A DNA stretch of 64,000 nucleotides from Eledone cirrhosa (Eukaryota). Within the stretch, counting starts at the first letter, position 1; the number at the start of each line of letters is the position of its first letter. Where the stretch lies: the NCBI GenBank assembly GCA_964016885.1, contig OZ024743.1:377952001-378016000 (forward strand), written 5' to 3'. Of this stretch, positions 53,355-64,000 are shown piece by piece. Under the pieces are notes generated by a model that had not been told where the DNA came from, searched no databases, and saw only the letters and a list, made by a program, of their open reading frames with translations. The position numbers and the translations under genes were made by a program.

Positions 53355-54703
53355 GTAAAGTATATATAATGTTTAATTTTCCTTGGATTCTGAATGTGTT
53401 TTCCTTCATCATCATCATCATCATCATTTAACATCCATTGCTAGCAAGGGTTGAATGGGTTGTTACAGCCCAAATTAGAACTTAGTTGGAAATGCTGACC
53501 TCTCAGACAAGGTGTGGGGTGGGTACTGCTTCTTGCACACATATATTCCCACCCTCTACAGAGTGTACCAGGTGCATTTTATCATGGTGCCAACACCAGG
53601 GAGGTTTTCATGTCTCAAAACAGCTGAAGGTTCCGCCTAACCCTTTGTTTGGCAGGATCTCTATGGCTGGGTGCCCTTCCTATCACCAGCCATTTTCAAG
53701 AAAAATGATTTTAAAATGTTTTTATGTGTGGCATACCAATTCTACAGAACTGTATTCAGCTTTTTTGGAAACTTTCAAAATTGTATCGTCCATGCTATTT
53801 AAGTAGCATTTGAAGCTTGACTTCCACTTAACTTCAGCTGTCACCTGAAGATCATATAACAGATTTTGTTTTACAGAACACAAGGTTCGTTTCAACTTTT
53901 TCAGGTTTTCAGTACTGTATCATAGTCTACTTAGTCATTGACCTCACCTTCAGTATTTACTGACTGAATAAATATCAACTTTCTATGTTGCCATGATTTA
54001 GCTGAGCAAGTGCTGTGAAAAATGACCTGGTATTGTTTACCACAGTAGCTGTTAGTAAAAAATAAACAGAGTACACTCCTCGATTTATATCAGCTTTTCC
54101 ATGCTTGCTTCGGTTGGCTAAGTTTTTTTTTCTAGCACAGCTTCCCTCCACCTACTGCGTTCTGTCATCATCTCGTCTGTCATGTTCACTGTTTTAAGAT
54201 CCACTCTCACCATTTCTCTCCAGGTCTTCCCTAGCTTTCTTATACTGCAGCTTTTTTCCACTGGGGACCCCTGGCATATGTTTCACCCAACAATTGTCCA
54301 TACACATCACATGTGCATGCTAGCACAGTTTTCTTTCTTACACATTACATTTGATTCCTCTTCTACCTATGTACATTAACATCACACACCTATTAAAGTA
54401 GGCTCACTTCATTATATATATATATTATAAAGAGTCTGCAACTAACTGTTGAAACAGTAAGAGCTCAGCCATCAGGGTCCTGACTCTTTATAATATAACC
54501 ATACTCTACTACACCAAGTATTGAGTACTTTGGTCAGTGATGGTCTAACCAGTTTCAAACTGAATCCATCCTGATTTATATATATATATACACACAAACA
54601 CACTACATTATGTATTTAAATATATTAATTGAGACTTGAAACACCAACAATTGTGTTAATTTGGGTAAAACTTGTCTAAAGTGGGAATGTCTTTTAATTG
54701 CAG

Positions 54704-54810
54704 GCGAGATGTTCAAAACTCAGATTGACCAGTATTTATGTGCTGCTCTGCATAAAGGGGTTCCACCATTGTTTATCCGTTTGAAAGAACTTTATAAATG
54801 TCCAGAAAAA
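54704..54810 (+). CDS. NAA15: NAA15 exon 10, GEMFKTQIDQYLCAALHKGVPPLFIRLKELYKCPEK
   Basis: Conserved KGxPPxF; cag acceptor and gtgagt donor. Confidence 0.93.
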
Positions 54811-55397
54811 GTGAGTAAAATTTTAAACATTTTTTATTATTTCTATATTAAGATTTTATGTTTGTTGTAATCTGTCATTTTAAGGAGCCCATGGCTGATG
54901 TCATCTTGGATAAATGTAATTCATTATAGCCTCAGGTTGACCCATGTGAGGGAAATTGGGTAGACAGAAACTGCTTGTAAGCTCATCAGATGGACTTTAC
55001 CTGTAATTCAAAAGGCCACAAGGTTGTGCAAGTCTGGAATGTTCATTCACTTACATGTTAATTTCACAAGCAGCCAGTTCCATTGATTAAATCAACTGGA
55101 CCATTTATCATCAGAAAGTAGCAGTCATTGTTTATCTTTAGCTGCAACAAGTATTTTAAGATCATTGTGTGGTGGTGGGGTTTTTGTGTGCTAAGGAAGG
55201 GGCTAGCATTGTGGGATCTACCATGGTGTTATTTTGGGGGCAGTTTATTTACAGCCAGATGACCTTGTCTCCAGGAATATATATATGTGTTGCATTACAG
55301 GAATAGGTTTTATTATGAAATGCCATACATACACAATGGTGATTGTTAATGCTTACTTTTGTAATCCCTTTAAATTATAATTCTTGCTGTTTTGTAG

Positions 55398-55467
55398 GTT
55401 AAGATAATCCAAGATCTCATACATGGCTATCTGGATTGTCTGAAGTCACATGAACGTTTCCATCATA
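55398..55467 (+). CDS. NAA15: NAA15 exon 11, VKIIQDLIHGYLDCLKSHERFHH
   Basis: tag acceptor and gtaagt donor; fills the expected gap between exons 10 and 12 in the correct phases. Confidence 0.88.
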
Positions 55468-56022
55468 GTAAGTTATTTTCGTTTTTGTTTTGTTTTTAAT
55501 GCAAATGTTATGGGATAAATTAGTATGCATTAATGTTTAGAACTGCGCAGTACTGTTGTGTAAATTTTAGGCTAGACTTCAATTGACAATCATAGAGCTG
55601 TTTTTGTACTTTTCAAAAATGCCTTGCTAATAGGGTTTTGTATTGTATAGGATGTTAAGATTTAATACATAATTTTGAAATGAAAAGTCTATGTTATTAA
55701 GTTCAGAATAAACAATACAAACCTATTGTGACATATGCAGAAATGTACAGCTTTGCAAGTTCATTGGTTTACAGTTTGAATTCAACTGCTTTCATATATC
55801 TAGACATCATAAATGGTTCTTCAAAACCTGTTAATTTAATAACAAATAATCCATTTATTCTTATTTACATAATCTGCAATTAAGCCTGTTGCCATTGTGC
55901 TGACATTCTAGCCATTCAATTTCTGTAATGTTTTATATGTAATAATCAGATACTATAACATTTTCTACTGAAACAATTGTATTGGAAATGTTTAATATTT
56001 TTAATTTATTTTGATTTTTCAG

Positions 56023-56192
56023 ATCAGGTTGAGAAGGAGCCTCCAACAGCTCTTTTATGGGGATATTATTACTTAGCACAGCATTATGATTTTTTGAAAC
56101 AAACAAAGAAAGCCTTGGAACATGTTAATGCAGCTCTTGAACACACTCCACTGTTAATTGAACTGCATGCCCTAAAAGCTAAAATTTATAAG
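56023..56192 (+). CDS. NAA15: NAA15 exon 12, NQVEKEPPTALLWGYYYLAQHYD...HTPLLIELHALKAKIYK
   Basis: Conserved EPPTxLLW and KAKIYK; cag acceptor and gt donor. Confidence 0.95.
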
Positions 56193-57265
56193 GTACACAT
56201 TCAATTTTGTTTTAGTTTAATTCTTTAACGTTTAAACTAGCCATATCTGGCCAGTATTCTCTCACCACTTTCTGTTCAAACTGGCTGTAACTGGCTGCTC
56301 ATACTGATGTTATTGTTCTCAAAATAAATAGTATCAAAATCTCATAGATTCAATATTACTGTGAAAATATAATGTAAATGTTAAAGAGTTAATCTGTTAT
56401 TTAGGCAGTGGTTTGGCAGTCATTAGAATGTTTTGTTGCATTAGTTCCAGCTCTCTGAGGTCAACATTGACTTTCATTTTTTATTTTTTATTTGAGGTCG
56501 ATAAAAAAAGTACCATTTCAGACTCCTAGTGTCCTTGACTCAAGGACAATTTCCCTACTCACCACCATCAGTATGGAATTGTTCTTCCAGCACGTCTCCC
56601 TCATCATACTCCAAGGAAACGCCTTCTCTATTTTGTCCGCCGGGGCTGCAGGGTCAGCGCATGGGCCCCCATTTTCTTGTAATAGTGAAGAGATAGGGTG
56701 AGCGGGAGAGACGGAGGCAGTGAGTGAAAGTGAGAGAACATCTACACTCATTTATTTATTTATTTGTATTTACCATTCATCCTCTATATCTTTCTTACTT
56801 CTCTGGAAGAAATTGGCTGTATTCAAACCTGGAGAGGGGATGAACTGTGGCAGGTTTTAAAAAATGCCTAAGAAATACTATATCACTACAGCGCCTATAT
56901 GACTCCACCACGAGTTACAGATCCATACATATCATTTATTATTTATTTGAAGGATGAATTGAACTCTTGATCCCAACCTACCCAAAACTCTGGTTTTATG
57001 AAACAGCCACTTTAAAGGGTTCTTTCTTAATTTCATATCTCCTAACATGATTTAATATGAGAACCTTTTGTTAAGTTATGTTAGAAATACAATCTTGATG
57101 AGGAATTACTTCATATATTATTTCCAATACAGTGTATTTTATTAGAAAAATATTCATGAAAAGGTTAAATATTGCTGAGTGTTTTTATGCTTTCTCTTTA
57201 TTTGCATTTAATCAGTGTAACTGACTTTTCAAAATATATATATTTTTTCCATTTTTTTGTAACAG

Positions 57266-57418
57266 CACGCGGGTGATATGGAAGAGGCTGTTCGATGTAT
57301 GGATGAAGCCCAATCACTGGACACTGCTGATCGATACATCAATTCAAAATGTGCTAAATACATGTTGCGAGGCAACTTAATTCAAGAAGCTGCTGACATG
57401 TGTGCAAAATTTACTAGG
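57266..57418 (+). CDS. NAA15: NAA15 exon 13, [34 protein letters not shown]...KFTR
   Basis: Highly conserved [17 protein letters not shown]; cag acceptor and gtaat donor. Confidence 0.96.
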
Positions 57419-57640
57419 GTAATTTTTTTTACTTCATCATCACTGTCTTCCATCTATTTTCCATGCTTGTATGGGTTAGATAGGTTGTCACATGGAAGCT
57501 AGACAGGCAGGTGAGACAACTGTATTGCTTATATCTACTATTTTGACATGGTATGGTTGCTATAGCTGGGTGCTTTTTCTATTGCACCAGTACCAACACA
57601 TAAAGAAGGGTTGAAAAATGTTAGAAGCAGGACACAATAT

Positions 57641-57815
57641 CAGACCTGCCAACCTCTAAAAACCCAAATGGGGAGTACTGTGAAAAAAAGTGCCCCAAGA
57701 TGGGGAGATTTTACATAATGAAAGTTATACCCAATTTCGCAAGAGAAGACATCCATTACCCACTCAAAAGTGGGTGGGAGATCACCCCGGTGGACGGGGA
57801 GAGTTGACAGGTCTG
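57641..57815. mobile_element. MITE-like element
   Basis: Inverted termini CAGACCTGCCAAC / GTTGACAGGTCTG; no clear TSD. Confidence 0.5.
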
Positions 57816-58435
57816 CATTGTAAAAAGTTTTTTTAAACATCAAAACAAATCCATATGGAACCTTATGCTGATACTTGAAATGAGAAGATTATTGAGATTT
57901 AAAATAGTTAAGATGCATTTTATTTGTTTCATATTACTATCTAGTTTGTAGATATGTAAAATTACTTTTTTTATTTTATCAACTGTTCATAATTTCTGAG
58001 CTTGTTTTTAATTACATTTTTTCTTTCCAAATAACGTTTTACACAATATATATAATTTTAATATGCAGTAAATCTTTGATTTAACAGACTAACAGGAGAG
58101 GTGTGTCTGTTAAATTGAAAATAGTCTCGGAATCATTTTTATTGTTTTAAATGTAAAAAATAAGTTATACATGAACACACAATATGAAATTATTCAATTA
58201 AAATAGGAAATATATAATTATTAGTCCTCTTTTGGCAGTGTAGTTGAGTATTTTACTGTGATTATTGTGGTAGTACAGCATTATTATTATTTGTTCAGTT
58301 ATACCAAGGGTTAGGGTTACTGTATTATTATTTAATTCATTAAATTGGTGTTCATTAAACCCAGGGTTTATTTTATATTTTTTTTTATTTTAAACAAAAA
58401 CTGATTTTTTTTTTTTTTTCATGTTTCATTTATAG

Positions 58436-58564
58436 GAAGGTGTATCTGCAATGGAAAACTTAAATGAAATGCAGTGCATGTGGTTCCAAACTGAATGTGC
58501 TGCAGCCTATCAAAGATTAGGAAAATGGGGTGAAGCTTTGAAAAAATGCCATGAAATTGATAGA
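58436..58564 (+). CDS. NAA15: NAA15 exon 14, [22 protein letters not shown]...[10 protein letters not shown]
   Basis: Conserved [11 protein letters not shown]; tag acceptor and gtatgt donor. Confidence 0.96.
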
Positions 58565-59381
58565 GTATGTTTCCAGTTAACTCTCTGGATTTATATATTT
58601 CTATTGAATATTAAATTGTAATAGCTCTTGTACAACTTGTTAGCAAATCATAACTTCATCTTCATATTTCCCTTATTCTCTACTCTGTTCAATCTCTCTC
58701 TCTCTCTCTCTCTCTCTGTTTTCCCCTATTCTCCCTTCTTACCTTTTCTACGCCTCCTTGTTCTTCTTTGTCCACAGGTTGGACAACAGTCCTTATTCTC
58801 TTCTGTTTTACTAAGCCCTTGCACACTCTATATTTGTGTAATTTGCCTAAAGGCATGACTTGTCTCTACCCGTTTTATGTTTCAATGTGCACAGGAATGA
58901 ATGGTATTTACCTTAATACACCCAAACCATAGTGATTTGCAAGGGTTGGCTGAGGAGATGGGACTGTCCATCTTTCCGTTGTTTTTTCCATTGTCTTTGT
59001 TCTGTGCGCTCCCTATTTCGAATATATATCATCATATATAAATATTAGAAGACTCATGTCAATAATAACGACAGTGGTGTTGAATGCATTTAATATTTGA
59101 AGTCCAGGATTGGTGTGTCATATATATCAGGATTACTAGATATATGTACAACCATACAAATTTGCATTTTGATGAATTTATGTGTAATTGATGCAAAGAT
59201 AAAAAAAAAGATATTTTACATGTCTGGTTGGAGCTCTGCTCCAGTCACGAGTTTCATCAGTAGCCTGCAGTAAGTTGTCACACATTGTATATATTATGGT
59301 TGGTACGTGATGTATGTATAATTTGTTTTATATTTTCAATAGACAAGAAGTAATAACTAAGTTCAATGTTATAATTTACAG

Positions 59382-59531
59382 CATTTTACTGAAATTATTG
59401 AAGATCAATTTGACTTCCATACATATTGTATGAGAAAAATGACACTAAGAGCATATGTAGGACTCCTACGTTTGGAAGATGTACTTAGAAATCACCCGTT
59501 TTATTTTAAGACAGCTCATATCGCTATTGAG
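59382..59531 (+). CDS. NAA15: NAA15 exon 15, [50 protein letters not shown]
   Basis: Conserved [12 protein letters not shown]; cag acceptor and gtgagt donor. Confidence 0.96.
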
Positions 59532-60504
59532 GTGAGTGGTTTCTTTATATTTACTTATGAATTCTTTCAGATGAACACACATGATATTGATTTTGGTTGA
59601 TAAAATATTCCTATCATCACTCTGAATATTAGCATTATATTTGTAGTCATTAAAAATCAAACAATTGGTTTATAACTGTTTACAAAGTTAATAATATTTT
59701 AGCACTTAGCTGTTGTTTGTTTCTCTGAGATCCAAGCTCTCATACCAATGTTATCTAAGTTCAATTAAAATTATTCTTTTATGTACTTGGTCTAATCAGT
59801 GTTGGGAATAAAGTGAACAATGTGAATAGTAGTTCGTATTTATGGAAAATGTTATAAGAACTATACTTTTCAAAGGCAAAAGAATGTTCTATATATATAA
59901 TATATATATGCATTAGAGCAAAAAAAAAAAAAGATTTATATATATAATGCAAAGAAGACAAAAGAATATTCTGTGTATATATATAGGCAAAGGAATGTAC
60001 TCCTGATAATGTTATGTCTTATGACTTACAGTTCATACAAAACATAATCCTGCAGTTATTAAAACTATATCTATTCTCTGGTCTTACTGAGCTGTCGTCT
60101 TCCAGCCAAAGTGGTCATAAAAACACAATGGAGATTGCTCACCAATTTTAGATAATTAAATGATACCATGTACCTATTCTAAAAACGTGTGTCCCTGTTT
60201 TTTGAGATAGACATATAAGAGGCAACTAAAATGATTGGTGTCAGTCCATAAAATGATGCTTTGGCAGGTGCTGTCCCAATAAAGCTGTAGAAAAGAGTGT
60301 GCTAAAATGATGGATTGAAAGGCGATAATCAATATTATTTTTCTTTTTAATATTTCAAACAAATATGTTCTATTTTTTATAGTATTAAAATATATGAAAC
60401 CTCCTCCACTTCTTCCAAGTGTGAACCTAATATAACTGTAAAATAGCCTCCTGTGTTTTGTTTGTTTTATTTATTAACTATATATATATATTTTTGTACT
60501 TCAG

Positions 60505-60568
60505 ATATATTTGTATCTTTATGATCATCCTCAATCTGAAATCGAAAAAGACAAATCCTTAGACACAG
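60505..60568 (+). CDS. NAA15: NAA15 exon 16, IYLYLYDHPQSEIEKDKSLDT
   Basis: cag acceptor and gtatgt donor; phases fit the neighbouring exons. Confidence 0.9.
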
Positions 60569-60840
60569 GTATGTCCTTTCATGTTCAATCATGCATGTTA
60601 ATTACAAACTATCTTTCACATGTTATTGAATTATTCTGGGAATGCTTCATAGAAGTAGTTTATAGCTTTTCTTATCCAGGTGACATAATTAGGAGTAGAA
60701 GAAGTTAATACCAATGAAACCTGGATCAGCTTCTGGCTCAGGACAGGCTTTAATCAATTAGTTCTTTATGGTAATTATGTTTTGTATATTCTGGGATTTA
60801 CTGATGTCATTAAACTATTTACAAAACTTTCTCTCTGCAG

Positions 60841-61031
60841 AAAATCTATCACCTAGTGAACTTAAGAAATTACGCAATAAACGACGTAAAGCCCAGAAAA
60901 AAGCTGAACTTGAGAAAGAGAAACAGAGAGCTGAAATGGAAAAGAAAGAGCACCAAAACAAAAATAAAGCTACTGATGGAGAGATGGATGGACCAAAAGA
61001 GGAAGAGCTAATACCAGAAAAGTTGATCAAG
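60841..61031 (+). CDS. NAA15: NAA15 exon 17, [23 protein letters not shown]...[10 protein letters not shown] (basic helix)
   Basis: Conserved ELKKLRNK and ELIPEKL; cag acceptor and gtag donor. Confidence 0.95.
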
Positions 61032-61554
61032 GTAGAGACAAAACAGTGGTTTAAATTAATACAAATTGGTTATAATCAGTTATCTTGCATGTTATATGTA
61101 TGATGGTAAATTTATAACCTAAATTATAAATGCAAAGTAGATTACCAACATTGATGTTTTAGTTTGAATACAGGGTTCTAGGTTAAGTCACTTTCAAATT
61201 GATTTACAATGAATGGAATGTCTCTTAACTCTTTCTTCCCTGATGACTGCCACTGCCATCACTGATTACCTCCCTTAACAACATTAGGATATTTTCACAC
61301 TAGTTTCTTCCCTAATCCAAATACTGAACATCAATAGTTATTTAACATGTCCATACAAAAATTGCTCTCTATTTTTAAATAATAAAGATAAAAACATGAA
61401 ATTTTCAGTGAAGGTTCAAAGCTAAATTTTTTATTGGTTGTTGCAAAAAAATGTTCATTGTATTTACATTTCCTTAAATTAAATAATCAGTCCAGTATCA
61501 TAAAATATGAGCAAAAACATGAAAAGAAATTATAAGAATACATGTGACGGTTTT

Positions 61555-61810
61555 GTCCCTATATGTCTCTTGTGAGGTTTGTAATTCTTTCTTCAAATCC
61601 TTGTTCGGGCTGATTTGAAACTTTGCCAGTGTAAACTTGGGAGTCATTCACATAACCATTGTGAGTATCAGTCCACATCCACACTTATATCCCACATTTT
61701 GTAGGCTTCAATGGAATGTACTGTTTGAAGCCCAGTCACCCAGTGAAGGCAATCATAGTCTCGTCAATGGATGTTTCACAGTGTGGGTTATACTGTGACT
61801 TCAGATTTTG
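61555..61810 (-). mobile_element. piggyBac transposase fragment (catalytic region), decayed
   Basis: Minus translation SIDETMIAFTG*LGFKQYIPLKPTKCGI*VW..D..NGYV...VYTGK. Confidence 0.8.
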
Positions 61811-62227
61811 GTAGAAGGGCATCCAGCCATAGGAAACTTGCCAAAAAAAGGAGTAGAGAGAACTCTTCAGTTGTGTCAAAGTAATGATGATCTTCCTGGT
61901 GCAGGTGCCATGATTGCACGTTTCTCACTCTTTATAGTTCAGGAACATATGTTAGTGAGATGGGTCCTGGCTCCAAAGAAATGATGACCTCCTGGTGTAG
62001 GTGCCATGATAGCAAGATGGGCCCCAGTCCCTCTTAGAGATCAGTGGCTCCAATTAAGTATTGACTTGATCTGTGACAGCCCATCCAACCCTTTCTAGCA
62101 GGGGAAGTGAATATTAAATGATGGGGGTATGAAATGCAAAGTTGACCGTTGATATGTAGTCTATGAAATATTGCTGCCTGTATCAGTACAATTTATATCA
62201 TACTTTTTGTTGTCTTTCTATTTGCAG

Positions 62228-62336
62228 ACGAAGGAACCATTAGAGCAGGCTGTGAAATTCTTGAAACCTTTACAACAACTGGCACAAAATAGAATAGAAA
62301 CGCATTTATTAGCTTATGAAATTTATTCCCGAAAAG
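62228..62336 (+). CDS. NAA15: NAA15 exon 18, TKEPLEQAVKFLKPLQQLAQNRIETHLLAYEIYSRK; gene continues beyond the window
   Basis: Conserved PLExAxKFLxPL and IETHL; cag acceptor and gtaatg donor. Confidence 0.95.
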
Positions 62337-62619
62337 GTAATGTAGTCATTTATTAGAGTTTTAAGTAAACAATTATTTACATGTGAAATATTACATTATT
62401 ATATTATTGGTACAGATGATAGCAAAAAAAAAGGAGGTTCATTTTAGAGTGAAACGTCTATTTCAAATTTCATTTAAAAGAAATAGTATTATTTAGTTGT
62501 TAAAAGAATAAAGGATTTAAATTAATAACCTTCATTTTTTTTAAAGCTCTATTACTTAACTCTTAACCCTTTAGCATTCGCATTAATTTTCAAATGTCAT
62601 GTTTATCTGTTCGCATTAT

Positions 62620-63000
62620 TTTGATGGTGGATTGGCAGTATCGGTAGAGGGTCGGACGCCATGCTTTGACGCATTGAGTTACGGCCCTTGCCATTCTGAG
62701 TTCAAATCCCGCCGAGGTTAACTTTGCCTTTCATCCTTACGGGGTCGATAAAATAAAGTACCAGTAATACACTGGGTAATTGCTGGCCTTGTGCCAAAGT
62801 AGAAACAATTATTTTGATGGCGGTGGATTGGCAGTATCAAGAGGCCTTGCTTTCCAGCATAGTTACATCCCTTTACGATCTGAGTTCAAATCCCGCCGAG
62901 GTTGACTTTGCCTTTCATCCTTACGGGGTTGATAAAATAAAGTACCAGTAATGCACTGGGTAATTGCTGGCCTTGTGCCTAAAGTAGAAACAATTATTTT
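62620..63000 (+). mobile_element. Two tandem copies of tRNA-derived SINE family B; other copies at ~6340-6500(-), 7050-7160(-), 8625-8835(-), 9050-9205(-), 27080-27280(+), 51400-51625(+) and 52000-52265(+)
   Basis: tggcag A box, gagttcaaatcc B box and shared body gaggtcaactttgcctttcatcct..gataaaataaagtacc. Confidence 0.8.
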
Positions 63001-63199
63001 GAGTTAATCATACTCAAGAGGGTTATCAATTTTATTTGTTTGTAATTTTCTTAATTTTCTATGTGCAGGCTTGAAATTTTGTCACTAGATGTTTAAATAT
63101 CAATAATTTACAATTATATAATTTTACCTGATTTTTTTTTGGTCAAATTTGACTTTTATGGGCAGATGAAATAAATTAATAAGGGCATTTGAAGTATCA

Positions 63200-63870
63200 A
63201 CCAGGTGCAAATACTGGTTTAATTTTAAATACGTTGTTTTCGGCATAATACTTATATATAAGGATCACCGAACATAATATTTATGGTAAAAAATGCTTGC
63301 ATTCCCGCAGCATCTGTCGGTCGCCAAACAGGTCGGGTTTTCCTCGATTTGAAATCTGTTGTTGGGCATATCGATTAATCCCTTCTGCCACAACTTCGAA
63401 GAAAGTTTGTGGGTAAAAACAAAAAGAAATAATCCAGTGCTTTAGCATCGGGAGCTAATGTGTGTTGTGGACCAGTATTTTTAATAAAATCAGGAACATA
63501 TATTGGTGTGGTATTTTTCAAAACAACAATCATCGTCGGATGAAATTTCAGAAATGTAAACATCTGATTCATTTGAAGATAAATCACTTCATTCTGAATG
63601 TCGTTGTGTGTAAAACCTTCAAAGTCGGTATCGCCACTTTCACAAGCCATGTTGATAAACAAAAAATCTGTTCTACTTTCAATGTTAAAAAAAACACATG
63701 TTGTTTTAAGTTGTTTCACTATATCAAGTGTTAATTTTCGTGGTGAAGGCCTAATTTCGCAGTAATCTCGAATTGACGAAATTTTGATGATGGTTTGTTT
63801 ATTTTTAGAACAATATTTTAGTGTGGGTGTTATCGGCCGGTTTCAGGCAGTTTGAACACTAAAGGGTTAA
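63200..63870 (-). mobile_element. piggyBac-type element 5' end with a decayed transposase N-terminus
   Basis: TTAA-CCC terminus at ~63870, similar to the MITE TIRs; acidic DTDFEGF N-terminus and ALDYFFLFL motif. Confidence 0.65.
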
Positions 63871-64000
63871 TATCCTGTAATGATTGAGCTGTTTAGCTGA
63901 AAATGACAAAAAATTGATTTGTTAATTCCAGTGCTTATAGTATGATAGTGTTGTAAAAATTTGTAGTATTAAGAAAAATATTTTATTATTTAATGTGATG

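Noticed and set aside
58935-59020. CTGAGGA followed by a GATGG/CCATC hairpin as a hammerhead (inverted relative of 5045-5190)
   Set aside because: The hairpin is followed by TTTC rather than GAAA, so the core is incomplete; treated as an unclassified dispersed repeat.

Overview
AT-rich, repeat-dense eukaryotic genomic DNA. The SINE, RTE and microsatellite content suggests a coleoid cephalopod (Octopus-like), which is my inference. Two spliced housekeeping genes sit head-to-head around ~30.5 kb. A Rab33 GTPase lies on the minus strand (main coding exons 29809-30156 and 10477-10944). NAA15 (NatA auxiliary subunit) lies on the plus strand, with 18 coding exons traced from 30591 to 62336; the gene runs off the window end. 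NAA15 intron 3 has a U12-type (minor spliceosome) signature. Introns and flanks hold R4/Dong-, CR1- and RTE-type LINEs, a hAT/Buster transposon with an 8-bp TSD, piggyBac fragments and MITEs, a Helitron-like element carrying a 28-bp minisatellite, and tRNA-derived SINEs. The most unusual signal is a set of (TA)n-embedded fold-back elements, several of which can be folded by eye into type-I hammerhead ribozymes (Penelope/retrozyme-like). All calls were made by eye, with no database searches.
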